A model generated the notes under the pieces. It saw only the letters and a list, made by a program, of their open reading frames with translations. It was not told the DNA's origin and searched no databases. Positions 25,710 through 35,631 of a DNA stretch of 64,000 nt are shown one piece after another. This stretch comes from Bacillota bacterium. GTDB taxonomy: Bacteria; Sysuimicrobiota; Sysuimicrobiia; Sysuimicrobiales; Segetimicrobiaceae. The first letter of the stretch is position 1; the number at the start of each line of letters is the position of its first letter. Location of the stretch: positions 13,092 through 77,091 of the forward strand of contig JAJPJJ010000082.1 in NCBI GenBank assembly GCA_021324295.1. Reading direction: 5' to 3'. The position numbers and the translations under genes were made by a program.

Positions 25710-27230
25710 TCACGGGGAACGACGCGGGGCGCCCGATTCTTCCCGCGAAGGGGCGCCGGCGTCGCGTGCGACGCGGTGGAGCTGGACGAAATTGGTCCGG
25801 CCGCGCGCGATCAGCGGCACGGAACCCACGATCACGAGCGCCTCGCCGGGCCGGACGAGCCGGCGCCGCCGGAGCTCCGCGTCGAGCACGCGGACCATCG
25901 CCTCGGTCGTGCGCTGAAACGGCAGCACGATCGCGCGCACGCCCCACGAGAGCCCGAGCGAGCGCGCCACGCGCTCGTCCTCGGTGCACGCGAGCACGGG
26001 CACCGGCGGCCGGAGCTGCGAGAGCAGCCGCGCCGATCTTCCGGTCGTCGTCAGGACGACGATCGCGCTCACCCGCAGGTCGCCCGCCAGCGCCTGCGCC
26101 GCCGCGCCGATCGCATGCAGCGCGGTCGAACGGGCGGGACGGCGGATCGGACCGGCCCACGCGCCGGCCTCTTCCACCGCGAGCGCGATCCCGGCCATCA
26201 CCTGCACGGCCTCGACGGGGTGCTCGCCGGCCGCGGTCTCCGCGGAGAGCATCACCGCGTCGGTGCCGTCCAGGATCGCGTTCGCGACGTCGGACGTCTC
26301 CGCCCGCGTCGGGCGCTCCTGGTGGACCATCGACTCGAGCATCTGCGTCGCGGTGATGACGGGGATCCCGCGCTCGTTGGCGCGCCGGATGATGCGCTTC
26401 TGGAGGAGCGGGACCTGCTCCGGGGCCATCTCCACCCCGAGGTCCCCGCGCGCGACCATGACGCCGTCCGCCTCGGCGATGATGGCGTCGAGGTTGTCGA
26501 TCGCCTCGGCCTTCTCGAGCTTCGCGATGAGGGGCACGGACCCGCCGAGCCGCCGCAGCACCCGGCGCGCATGCCGGAGGTCGCCGGCCGAGCGGACGAA
26601 GCTCAGCGCGACGTAGTCCACCCCGTGCCGCAGCCCGAATCGAAGGTCGGCGACGTCCTTCGGCGTGAGCGCCGCCCCCCGCAGCCGAACGCCCGGCAGG
26701 TTGACGCCCTGGTGCTCCCCGAGGACGCCGCCGCGCAGGACGCGGCAGAGGATCTCCGGGGGGCGGCTCGCGACGACGGCCAGCTCGATCGTGCCATCCT
26801 TCATGAGGATGCGCCGCCCGCGCCGGACGATGTGCGCGAGGCGCGGGAACGCGACAGGGATGCGGCGCGCGTCCCCGACGATGCGGCGCGTGGTCAGCGT
26901 CACCTCGCTGCCCTCCGCCAGGCGCACCGGTCCGGCGAGGCGGCCGACCCGGATCTTCGGGCCCTGGAGATCCTGCAGGATCGTGAGCGGCGTCCCGGCC
27001 TCGCGGGCGAGCCGCCGGAGCAGCCGGATCGTCCGGCCGTGCCCGGCGCGCGTGCCGTGGGAGAAGTTGAGGCGGGCGACGTCCATCCCCGCCGCCAGTA
27101 GCCGGCGCAGGACGGCCTCGGTCGTGCTCGCCGGCCCAAGCGTGGCAACGATCTTCGTCCGGCGGGCACGCCGCAGAGCGCCGAGGGGGCCCGCGCGGGC
27201 CGGCACCGGCCCCGGGGGCGCGGCGCTCAC
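25710..27230 (-). CDS. pyk: Pyruvate kinase
   Basis: …RRTKIVATLGPAS…MDVARLNFSHG… and …MVARGDLGVEMAPEQVPLLQKRII…IPVITATQMLESM… canonical PK motifs. The start may be further downstream. Confidence 0.88.
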   Translation of the reverse strand: MSAAPPGPVPARAGPLGALRRARRTKIVATLGPASTTEAVLRRLLAAGMDVARLNFSHGTRAGHGRTIRLLRRLAREAGTPLTILQDLQGPKIRVGRLAGPVRLAEGSEVTLTTRRIVGDARRIPVAFPRLAHIVRRGRRILMKDGTIELAVVASRPPEILCRVLRGGVLGEHQGVNLPGVRLRGAALTPKDVADLRFGLRHGVDYVALSFVRSAGDLRHARRVLRRLGGSVPLIAKLEKAEAIDNLDAIIAEADGVMVARGDLGVEMAPEQVPLLQKRIIRRANERGIPVITATQMLESMVHQERPTRAETSDVANAILDGTDAVMLSAETAAGEHPVEAVQVMAGIALAVEEAGAWAGPIRRPARSTALHAIGAAAQALAGDLRVSAIVVLTTTGRSARLLSQLRPPVPVLACTEDERVARSLGLSWGVRAIVLPFQRTTEAMVRVLDAELRRRRLVRPGEALVIVGSVPLIARGRTNFVQLHRVARDAGAPSREESGAPRRSP

Positions 27231-27314
27231 CGGGGTCCCCGCGGGAACACGGGTGACACGGCGAGAACCGGAGGGATGATACCGGGATGTCGAGCGCGCC
27301 TCACTAGTGTACCC

Positions 27315-29396
27315 TCACGGCGCGTCCCCGAACGCGGCGAGCGGGCCGCCCTGGACCCCGCGCGCCCCCGCGTGGGCCCGGATGAGGCTGCTCTCCGCCC
27401 GCCGGTACGTGGGCATTCCGCACGAGGGGCAGAGGTCGAGCGCGTGCAGACGGTCGAGGTACCGCAGCGTGGCGTGGACGAACTGCGCGTGGCTCCACGT
27501 CAGCGGTGACACCGAGAGCGGGCGGCCGTCGTAGGGATGCACCTGCTCCGGCAGCACGCCGCTCGGCAGCCCCCGCGACACCGCCCAGCGGAGCAACTCG
27601 AGCGGACGGGAGAGCTCGGCGGCGGATCGCGCCCGGGCGATGTACCACTCGGCGAGCCAGAGCGTGCAGAGGATCCATGGGTTGCCGGGCACCGGGCCGG
27701 TCTCGTGGGACACCTGCTGGTAGTGGTCGTCCTCGTAGCGGGCGATCCCGCCCACCGGTGTCTGAACCCACAGCCGCTGCTCGACGGCCTGCATCGTGCG
27801 CACGACCCGAGGATCGTCGGGCGCGAGCAGCCCAAAGCCCCACAGGCCGGCCAGGCTGGCGTCGATCGCGAGGTCGAGCCGGCTCCCGCCGGAGCCGTCG
27901 GGGATCAGCGAGCGCCCGAACCGGCCGGCCTCCTCGCTCCACAGGCGCGCGAGCACGCCGGCGCGGACGGCCTCGGCGGCCTCGCGGTACCGCGCGGCGT
28001 GCTCACGCTCCCCGAACGCCTGCGCCATCGCCCCGGCCGCCTCCAGGCCTCCGTAGACGGCGCCGCAGGTGAAGGCGTGCACACCGTAGCGCTCCTCCCA
28101 GAGGTCGTACGACGGCAGCGGCAGGCCCGTGGCGGGATCGCGGAAGGCGGCGAGGAAGTCGGCCGCCTCCTTGACGAGCGGCCGGTAGAGCGGCTTGATG
28201 AACTCCACGTCGCGGTTCCCGGCGAAGTGCATCCACAACGCCCATACGACCAGCGCGGTCTCGTCCTCCTGGATCGGGAACCGACGTCCCCCGTCCGCGG
28301 CCCACGGATGCCAGGACGAGCCGAGCGAGCGATCCGGGTTGTACTTGTGGAGCAGGAACCCCTCACCGGTTATCACCGCGCCGCAGAACTGGAAGAACGG
28401 CCGGGTCAGATCGTTGTAGCCCGCCATGCCGAGCGCGCGGGCGACCAGCGCGCCGTCGCGCGGCCACATGTACCCGTAGGTGTCGCGGCCGAAGCGCAGG
28501 ATGTCGGAGTCCGTGCTCGCGATGATCGCGCCGCGGTCGTCGATCTGCGTGCGCGCGACGAGAAGGCTCTGCTTGAACTCCGCGACGACCTCCGCCGGCA
28601 GCGGGCCGAAGTCCATCGTCTCCTTGTTGGCCCAGAGGTACCAGTAGGCGCGCGTGCGCTGGAGGAGCGCCTCCGCGCCGCGCCGGGCCACGAACTGGTT
28701 GAGCCGGCGCAGCTCCTCGTAGGTCTCGCCGGCGAGGAGCCAGTAGTACACGACCTGCTCGCCGCCGCCCGGGATCATGAGCGCGACGCCGCCGGTGCTG
28801 TCCACGGACCCCTGCGCGATCGGGTTCATCCCGAGCACGCCGTCCTCCGCGTCGCGCCACGTGCCCTCGCGGTTGTCCCACTCCTTCACGCCCGTGGCGA
28901 ACTGCGTCCAGCCCCCGCCGATCGGGGTGAGCACGTTTGCGTGGAACCACCGCCGCCCCTTATAGTGGAACAGCCCCTTGCTCTGCGGGTCGAAGTACGC
29001 GGTGTCGCCGTCCGCGGTGCCGCTGATGTGGAAGTCGTGGTGCATGAACACGCGGATCTCCCGCGGCTCGGGGCCGAGGTTGCGGACGGTGATCCGGCGG
29101 AGGAACGCGTTGACGTGGAAGTCCACGCACTCCTGCAGGCCCAGGCGCACCCCCACCCCGGGATGCTCGAGATCCACGTCGGTCACGAGCGTCTCCGGCA
29201 CGTACCGTCGCGTGCCGTGCCAGCCGCCGTCCCCGACCCACGCGAAGCGGCCGCCGGCCCACACGCCCACCCGGAACGGGTGCCCGAGGGCGTGGTTCTC
29301 GCCCCCGACGTATGGATAGTAGAGGTCCACGAGACGGTGCTCCAGGTCGAAGTTGACCTGCAGCACCCCGTTTCCGAGCGGCAGATCGCGCGGCAT
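27315..29396 (-). CDS. Glycoside hydrolase family 15 protein (glucoamylase/trehalase-like)
   Basis: …PLGNGVLQVNFDLEHRLVDLYYPYVGGENH… N-terminal domain and …YGYMWPRDGALVARAL…YDLWEERYG… catalytic-domain motifs. SD gagggggg sits before the second ATG. Confidence 0.85.
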   Translation of the reverse strand: MPRDLPLGNGVLQVNFDLEHRLVDLYYPYVGGENHALGHPFRVGVWAGGRFAWVGDGGWHGTRRYVPETLVTDVDLEHPGVGVRLGLQECVDFHVNAFLRRITVRNLGPEPREIRVFMHHDFHISGTADGDTAYFDPQSKGLFHYKGRRWFHANVLTPIGGGWTQFATGVKEWDNREGTWRDAEDGVLGMNPIAQGSVDSTGGVALMIPGGGEQVVYYWLLAGETYEELRRLNQFVARRGAEALLQRTRAYWYLWANKETMDFGPLPAEVVAEFKQSLLVARTQIDDRGAIIASTDSDILRFGRDTYGYMWPRDGALVARALGMAGYNDLTRPFFQFCGAVITGEGFLLHKYNPDRSLGSSWHPWAADGGRRFPIQEDETALVVWALWMHFAGNRDVEFIKPLYRPLVKEAADFLAAFRDPATGLPLPSYDLWEERYGVHAFTCGAVYGGLEAAGAMAQAFGEREHAARYREAAEAVRAGVLARLWSEEAGRFGRSLIPDGSGGSRLDLAIDASLAGLWGFGLLAPDDPRVVRTMQAVEQRLWVQTPVGGIARYEDDHYQQVSHETGPVPGNPWILCTLWLAEWYIARARSAAELSRPLELLRWAVSRGLPSGVLPEQVHPYDGRPLSVSPLTWSHAQFVHATLRYLDRLHALDLCPSCGMPTYRRAESSLIRAHAGARGVQGGPLAAFGDAP

Positions 29397-29579
29397 GGGC
29401 ATCCCCCCTCTCGGTAACTTCGCCGGGCGCAGCCGCCATTCCACATGCCCCCGGCGGCGCCAGCGCGCCACCCCAGGAGGGACCGGCAGGAGCGCCGCCG
29501 CCGGGCGTCGATTGGACAGGAGGGCCGCGCTCCGGGCCGCTCCGGGCCGCGGCGCGCCGCATACGCAGGGGGTGCGCGC

Positions 29580-29885
29580 ATGGCGATCATGGCGATCAGC
29601 GTCACGCCGATCGGGACGGGTTCTCCGAGCGTCGGGGAGTACGTGGCCGCGGCCGTGCGGGCGATCGAGCGCAGCGGTCTCCGCTACGAGCTGAACGCGA
29701 TGCACACGGTGGTGGAGGGCGACCTGGAGGCGCTCCTGCGGCTCGTGCCGGAGATCCACGAGGCGTGCTTCGCGCGGGGCGCGCGGCGCGTCTCCACGGT
29801 GATGAAGATCGACGACCGGCGGGACGCTCCCTCGTCCATCGAGGGCAAGGTGCGCTCCGTCCGAGAGAGGATGCCGTCTCGGTGA
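29580..29885 (+). CDS. MTH1187/YkoF-family (UPF0045) small ligand-binding protein
   Basis: MAIMAISVTPIGTGSPSVGEYVAAAVRAIERSGLRYELNAMHTVVEGDLEALLRLVPEIHE… matches the family pattern. Confidence 0.75.
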   Translation: MAIMAISVTPIGTGSPSVGEYVAAAVRAIERSGLRYELNAMHTVVEGDLEALLRLVPEIHEACFARGARRVSTVMKIDDRRDAPSSIEGKVRSVRERMPSR

Positions 29886-30445
29886 CGGGCTGGCTGGACG
29901 TCCTGGAGCGGTGGTTCGAGCGGGCGTACCGCATCCGGCCGATCGGGGAAGGCGGGTACATTTTTCGGATGGGCCTGATCCGCCACCGTGGCCAGCGGCT
30001 CGTGTTCGCGGACGGGACCGTGGTGAGCCCCGGGGACCTGGTCGGCGAGCTGCACCTGGACAACCGGCGGGCCGCGTCGCTCCACGCCGGGGGCGCGGCC
30101 GGCTTCCGCTTCCGGCGCGAGGTGTTCCGCCTGCTGCCGGCGCTGGCGCACGACCTCGCCACGCGGCCGGAGTACCGGGAGGTCGACGCCGTCTGCGGCG
30201 CGAGCCTCTTCTGGGCGGAGGCGCAGGCCGCGGGGTTCGAGCACCGGCCGCTGCCGGCGGTGACCCGCTGGTGGCTGACGTGGTGGGAGCGGTATCTCAT
30301 GGCCCGGTACCACCCGAAGGGCCGGCGGCGCCTCGCGGAGGGGCGCCGCACCGAGTTGCGCCAGGTGTGGATGACGCGCCGCACGCTCCTCCAGCGGTAC
30401 CGGAAGGACGCGTCCGGAGAACCCGCCGCGCCGCGTCCGACGTAA
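29882..30445 (+). CDS. Hypothetical conserved protein (188 aa)
   Basis: GTG start overlaps the upstream stop (GTGA). Codon bias is good. No family recognised. Confidence 0.55.
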   Translation: MTGWLDVLERWFERAYRIRPIGEGGYIFRMGLIRHRGQRLVFADGTVVSPGDLVGELHLDNRRAASLHAGGAAGFRFRREVFRLLPALAHDLATRPEYREVDAVCGASLFWAEAQAAGFEHRPLPAVTRWWLTWWERYLMARYHPKGRRRLAEGRRTELRQVWMTRRTLLQRYRKDASGEPAAPRPT

Positions 30446-30637
30446 GTAACAGGAGGGCCCCCGGCGCACCGCGCCCGTTCGCGCGGACGCACCGTCTGCG
30501 CGGGGCAGGGACGTGCGCGGTGGGCCGCGAACCCTGCGCATACCGCAGGATCGTTTCACGCATCCGTGCGCAGGCGGACACGTGCGGCCTTCGTGCGCCC
30601 GCAAGGCGCAGCTCGACACCTCGATGAGGAGGAGACC

Positions 30638-32242
30638 ATGGCAGAGCGGGTGAGCCGTCGTGAGTTCCTGAAGATCACCGGGGTGGGCGCGGCACTCGGC
30701 GCAGGCGGCGCCCTCTCGGCGCTCGGCCCCGGCCAGGCCGCTTCCAAGCTCCTGCAGAGCTCGCCCGTGGCTCCGTACGAGTCCCCGATCACGCCCGAGC
30801 GGGTGTCGTTCCTCAAGGGCAAGCCCTACAAGGGGATCACGATCAACGTCATGGTGCTCAAGGCCACGGTGGGGGACGGCGCCAAGTACCACGTGCCGCA
30901 CTGGGAGGAGGAGACGGGCGGCAAGATCAACATCGCGGAGGTGCCGATCGAGACCCTGCACCAGCAGATCTTCACCGATCTCACGACCGGCCTCGGGCGG
31001 TACGACGCGTACATGACCGGTGCGTGGTTCTACGGCGATTTCTTCGTCTCCAAGGAGCCCTACATCGTGCCGCTCGACGACTTCATCAAAGATCCCAAGC
31101 ACCCGTACTGGGTGCCGAGCGACCAGATCGCGTCGATGCGGGCGTTGTACACGTGGGAGGGCAAGCAGTACGGGGCGCTCTTCGACGGCGACGCGCAGAT
31201 CCTGTACTTCCGCGAGGATGTGCTCACCAAGCCGGCCAACCGCGCCAAGTTCAAGGCGAAGCACGGCTACGATCTGCCCGTCCCGCCCAGGACGATGGAC
31301 GAGATGCACGACGTTGCGGACTTCTTCACCGGCTGGGACTGGAACGGCGACGGCCAGCCGGATTGGGGGATCGCCCTGCACGCCAAGGTCAACGAGCAGG
31401 GGTTCTTCCACTTCCTGACGCTCGCCGCGCCCTACGTGATCTCGCCCGACAACAAGTCGTTCTGGTTCGACCCCGACTCGATGAAGCCGTACATCAACTC
31501 CGAGGGGCACGTCAAGGCGCTCGAGGACTACGCCCGGTTCGTCCGGAACGGGCCGCGGGCGATGCTCCAGTGGACCCTCGGGCAGGGGTGGAACCTGTTC
31601 CTGGCCGGCCACTCCGTGATGGAGCCGACGTGGGGCGACCTGCCGACCCTGGCGCAAGACCCCAAGGCGTCCAAAGTCAAGGGGAGGGTTGGTGCGGCCC
31701 CGATCCCGGGGACGAAGCGCGCGTTCAACCCCAAGACGGGCCAGTGGAAGTCGTACTCGCTCAATCAGGTCGCCAACGTGAACGGGGGCTCCTGGCACCT
31801 CGTGCTGTCGCGATTCTCCAAGCAGAAGGAGGCGACGTACGACTTCATGGCGTTCATGGCCAACCAGAAGAACGCGTTCTTCAACGCGACCCACGGGTGG
31901 ACCGGCGTCCAGCCGTCGATGCCCTACGAGTTCCTGCCGCCCGCCGGCACCGGCAGCATCAAGGCGTACGAGGAGCAAGGGTGGAACGCCCACGACGTCA
32001 AGTCGTTCACCGATGCCTACTACAAGGCGCTCACCGCCCCGCTGCAGGAGACGTACCTGCGCATCCCCGGCGCGGCGGAGTACTGGCACGAGCTGGACGT
32101 GAACGTCTCCGCGGTGCTGGCCGGTCAGATGAAGCCGAAGGCGGCGCTGGACGACGTGGCCAGGAAGTGGGAGGGGATCACTAACCGGTACGGCAGGGAC
32201 AAGCAGCGCGCGCTCTACCGGAAATCGATCGGGCTGGAGTAA
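30638..32242 (+). CDS. ABC transporter substrate-binding protein (family 1, sugar/polyol), Tat signal
   Basis: MAERVSRREFLKITGVGAALGAGGALSALG… signal with SD ggaggag upstream. Family-1 SBP-like body. Confidence 0.85.
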   Translation: MAERVSRREFLKITGVGAALGAGGALSALGPGQAASKLLQSSPVAPYESPITPERVSFLKGKPYKGITINVMVLKATVGDGAKYHVPHWEEETGGKINIAEVPIETLHQQIFTDLTTGLGRYDAYMTGAWFYGDFFVSKEPYIVPLDDFIKDPKHPYWVPSDQIASMRALYTWEGKQYGALFDGDAQILYFREDVLTKPANRAKFKAKHGYDLPVPPRTMDEMHDVADFFTGWDWNGDGQPDWGIALHAKVNEQGFFHFLTLAAPYVISPDNKSFWFDPDSMKPYINSEGHVKALEDYARFVRNGPRAMLQWTLGQGWNLFLAGHSVMEPTWGDLPTLAQDPKASKVKGRVGAAPIPGTKRAFNPKTGQWKSYSLNQVANVNGGSWHLVLSRFSKQKEATYDFMAFMANQKNAFFNATHGWTGVQPSMPYEFLPPAGTGSIKAYEEQGWNAHDVKSFTDAYYKALTAPLQETYLRIPGAAEYWHELDVNVSAVLAGQMKPKAALDDVARKWEGITNRYGRDKQRALYRKSIGLE

Positions 32243-32284
32243 CCGCCCCGCCGGCGCGGGCCGGGGGGAGCGTCGGAGGCGACG

Positions 32285-33145
32285 GTGCGCCGCAGCCGGG
32301 CCGTCAAGTACGCGTTTCTCGTCCCGGCCGTCCTCTGGATTCTCGTCGTCTCGCTGTTCCCGCTGGCGTCTGCGATCTACTACAGCCTGGTGCAGTACGC
32401 CCTGGGCCAGGGCGTCACGGCGTTCGTCGCCTTCCAGAACTACCTGGACAACTTCCACAACCCCACGTTCTGGCACGCCGCCTGGATCACCGCCGTCTAC
32501 GTCGCCGTGACCGTGGCGGTCGAGATGGCGTTCGGCGTGGCGCTCGCGTGGTCGCTGACCAAGCGGGTGTGGGGCCGGCAGTTCTTCCGTGTGCTGTTCA
32601 CCGCGCCGCTGTTCACGATGGGGGTCGCGCTCGGCTACCTCGGCGTGACGCTCTTCGATGCCGACAGCGGCCCGGTCAACTTCTTCCTCGGGTTCATCGG
32701 CCTGCACCCGCCCTGGATCGCCAGCGCGTTCTGGGGGCTGGCCGCCGCGATCATCCTGGACATCTGGCGGTGGACGCCGTTCGTCTTTCTCGTCGCCCTC
32801 GCCGCGCTGGAGAGCGTGCCGGGGGAGTTCTACGAGGCGGCAGCGCTCGATACCCGCGGCGAGTGGCCGGTGTTTGTCGGCATCGCGCTGCCGACGATCG
32901 CGCCGGTGCTCACGATCGCGTTCCTCCTCCGTCTGATGGAGGCGTTCAAGGTATTCGGCCTCCCGTTCGCCCTCACGAGCGGCGGGCCCGGCACGAGCAC
33001 GCAGGTCTACAGCGCCATGGTGTACCTGACGACGCTGCAGTTCTTCGATTTCGGCCACGGGTCGGCGATGGGGATCTTCTTCCTGGCGGTGGTGCTCCTC
33101 ATCGTCCTGCGCCTGTTCCGCGTGATGCGCGCGCAGATCGAGTGA
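32285..33145 (+). CDS. ABC sugar transporter permease (MalF/UgpA-like)
   Basis: Six-TM permease with an EAA loop (…FYEAAALDTRGEWPVFVGIALP…). Confidence 0.85.
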   Translation: MRRSRAVKYAFLVPAVLWILVVSLFPLASAIYYSLVQYALGQGVTAFVAFQNYLDNFHNPTFWHAAWITAVYVAVTVAVEMAFGVALAWSLTKRVWGRQFFRVLFTAPLFTMGVALGYLGVTLFDADSGPVNFFLGFIGLHPPWIASAFWGLAAAIILDIWRWTPFVFLVALAALESVPGEFYEAAALDTRGEWPVFVGIALPTIAPVLTIAFLLRLMEAFKVFGLPFALTSGGPGTSTQVYSAMVYLTTLQFFDFGHGSAMGIFFLAVVLLIVLRLFRVMRAQIE

Positions 33146-33160
33146 CCGTCGGAGGCGCCG

Positions 33161-34012
33161 ATGAGCATCTACGAGCCGTACCGGGGGATCAAGCGGGTGC
33201 TGTTCTACGTCTGGCTCATCCTGGTCGCGGTCTGGGTGCTGTTCCCGTTCTTCTGGGCGGTGGAGAACTCGCTCAAGACGACGGAGCAGACGTTCACCCG
33301 GGGTGCGTTCCTGCCGTGGATCCAGTACCAGCCCACCCTCGGCTCCTGGCAGACGGTGATCTCCGACCCGGCCGCGATCCGTGCGCTCGTGAACAGCGTC
33401 GTCATCAGCATCGCCACCACGCTCATCGTGCTGGTGCTGGGCACGCCGGCGGCGTACGCGCTCGCACGGCACGAGTTCCGGCCGATGACCGGCCGGGACA
33501 TCGCGGTGTGGTTTCTCACGCAGCGCGTGCTGCCGCCCGCGGTGGTCCTCGTTCCCTACTTCGTGCTGATGGTCCACCTCCGCCTGATCGACACCCAGAT
33601 CGGGCTGATCCTCGTGTACGTCGCGGTGACGCTGCCCTTCGGCGTCGTCATCATGCGCGACGTGTTCCGGGACATCCCCGTGGAGCTGGAGGAGGCGGCG
33701 TTCATCGATGGGGCCAACGACCTCCGGGTTTTCGGCCGGGTCAGCCTCCCTCTCGCGGTCAACGGGCTCGTCGCGACCGCGATCATCGTGTTCGCGTTCA
33801 ACTGGAATGAGGCGATCCTGGCGAGCACGCTCACCTCGCGCGTCGCGCAGACGCTGCCGTTCTTCATCCTGAGCTCGCGCAGCACGCGCGGCGTCGACTT
33901 CAACACCGCGGCGGTGAACTCGCTGATCGCGATCGTGCCGCCCGTCGTGCTGTCCCTGGTCATCCAGCGGTTCCTGGCGCGGGGCCTCACGTTTGGGGCG
34001 GTGAAGGGGTAG
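33161..34012 (+). CDS. ABC sugar transporter permease (MalG/UgpE-like)
   Basis: …LEEAAFIDGANDLRVFGRVSLPLA… EAA loop. Confidence 0.85.
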   Translation: MSIYEPYRGIKRVLFYVWLILVAVWVLFPFFWAVENSLKTTEQTFTRGAFLPWIQYQPTLGSWQTVISDPAAIRALVNSVVISIATTLIVLVLGTPAAYALARHEFRPMTGRDIAVWFLTQRVLPPAVVLVPYFVLMVHLRLIDTQIGLILVYVAVTLPFGVVIMRDVFRDIPVELEEAAFIDGANDLRVFGRVSLPLAVNGLVATAIIVFAFNWNEAILASTLTSRVAQTLPFFILSSRSTRGVDFNTAAVNSLIAIVPPVVLSLVIQRFLARGLTFGAVKG

Positions 34013-34045
34013 GTCACGGGGGAGACGGACGAGGCCGGCCCGGGA

Positions 34046-35575
34046 GTGAGGATGACCCGCGCGTACCTGATCGGCCTGGACCTCGGCACGACCAACACCA
34101 AGGCGCTCCTCTGCGACGACGAGGGCCGGATCATCCACATTGCGTCGCGGCGCCTGCCGGTGCGCGAGGCCGGCGGCGGGCAGGCGGAGTACGATCCGGG
34201 CGCCCTCTGGGAGGCCGCCCTCGCCGTCCTGCGCGAGGCCGTCCGGGCTGCGCCCGACGCCGGGGCGGTCCGGGCGATCGCCGCCACGAGCGTCGGGGAG
34301 GCCGGCGTGCCGTGCGCGGAGGGAGGCGAGCCGCTGTATCCCGTGATCGCCTGGTTCGACCCGCGCAGCGCCCCGCAGGCGGAGGCGCTCGTGGCCCGGA
34401 TCGGCGCCGCGACGCTGTACGAGATCACGGGCCTCCCCGGGCTGCCGATCCATACGGTGCACAAGCTCGCCTGGCTGCGCGACCACGAGCCGGACGTGTT
34501 TCGCCGGATCCGGCGCTGGTACTTCGTCGCGGACTACGCCGTGGGGCGCCTCTGCGGGGCGTGGGTCACCGATCCGTCCCTCGCCTGCCGGAGCCGGATG
34601 TACGATGTGCGCCGTCGGCGCTGGTCGCCGGAGGTCCTCGACGCCGCGGGCATCCCGGCCTCCATCCTGCCGCCCGTCGTGCCGAGCGGAACCCCGGCCG
34701 GCCGGCTCCTGCCCGATGTGGCCCGGGCGCTCGGGACATCCACGGAGGTGGTCGCCGCCGTTGCCGGCCACGATCACATCTGCGCCTCGCTCGCGAGCGG
34801 CGTCACGGAGCCCGGGGACATCTTGGACTCGATTGGCACAGCGGAGGCGATGCTGGCCTCCGCGGCCGGGCCCCCGCCCGCGGAGGAGAGCGCAGCCGCC
34901 GGCTTCGCGGTCGGCTGCCACGTGCTGCCGGACCGCGTCTACCTGCTCGGCGGGACCACGATGTCGGGCGGGGCCGTCGAGTGGGTCGCCCGTCTCGTCG
35001 GCGTGCCGCTGGCGGAGCTCATGGCGCAGGCCGCGCGTGTGCCGCCGGGCGCCGAGGGGCTCTGCTGCCTGCCGCACCTGCGCGGCAGCCTCTCGCCGGT
35101 GGTGGACCGCTTCTCGATGGGCGCCTTCCTCGGCGTGCGGGACGTCCACGGTCCCGCGCACTTCGCCCGGGCCGTCCTCGAAGGGCTCGCGTGCGAGGCC
35201 AAGGCCAACGCCGACGCGCTGGCGCGCATCGCCGGCCGGACCGGGGTGATGCGGGTGACCGGAGGCGGCGCGCGGAACGCGCTGTGGCTGACGATCAAGG
35301 CGGCCGTCCTCAACCGGCCGCTCGAGATTCCGGCCACCGCCGAGACCGCCGCGCTCGGGGCGGCGCTGCTCGCGGGCGTCGGCGCCGGCGTGTTCCGGGA
35401 CGCTGCCGAGGCGATGCGCGCCGGCGTGCGGATCGGCGCCCGGGTGGAGCCCGATCCCGCGCTCGTGCCCGCGATGGCCGCGCGGGACCGTCTCCACCGC
35501 GAGCTGTACGCTGCGGTCGCCCCGTTCCACCGCCGGTTGCGCGCCGAGACGGTGGCGTGGGCGCCGCCGGCCTGA
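34046..35575 (+). CDS. FGGY-family carbohydrate kinase (xylulokinase-like)
   Basis: MTRAYLIGLDLGTTNTKALLCD… and …GGGARNALWLTIKAAVLNRPL… FGGY motifs. Confidence 0.85.
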   Translation: MRMTRAYLIGLDLGTTNTKALLCDDEGRIIHIASRRLPVREAGGGQAEYDPGALWEAALAVLREAVRAAPDAGAVRAIAATSVGEAGVPCAEGGEPLYPVIAWFDPRSAPQAEALVARIGAATLYEITGLPGLPIHTVHKLAWLRDHEPDVFRRIRRWYFVADYAVGRLCGAWVTDPSLACRSRMYDVRRRRWSPEVLDAAGIPASILPPVVPSGTPAGRLLPDVARALGTSTEVVAAVAGHDHICASLASGVTEPGDILDSIGTAEAMLASAAGPPPAEESAAAGFAVGCHVLPDRVYLLGGTTMSGGAVEWVARLVGVPLAELMAQAARVPPGAEGLCCLPHLRGSLSPVVDRFSMGAFLGVRDVHGPAHFARAVLEGLACEAKANADALARIAGRTGVMRVTGGGARNALWLTIKAAVLNRPLEIPATAETAALGAALLAGVGAGVFRDAAEAMRAGVRIGARVEPDPALVPAMAARDRLHRELYAAVAPFHRRLRAETVAWAPPA

Positions 35576-35631
35576 GCGCCTCGCCCCGCGCGGCGCGCGC
35601 GGCACGACCTCAGCGGTTGGAGGGCACAGCG

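Noticed and set aside
22810-29417. Series of long plus-strand ORFs (22810-24813, 24822-27101, 27537-29417) opposite GDE, trxB, pyk and GH15
   Set aside because: All are antisense to genes with canonical catalytic motifs. Composition-biased translations without recognisable domains.
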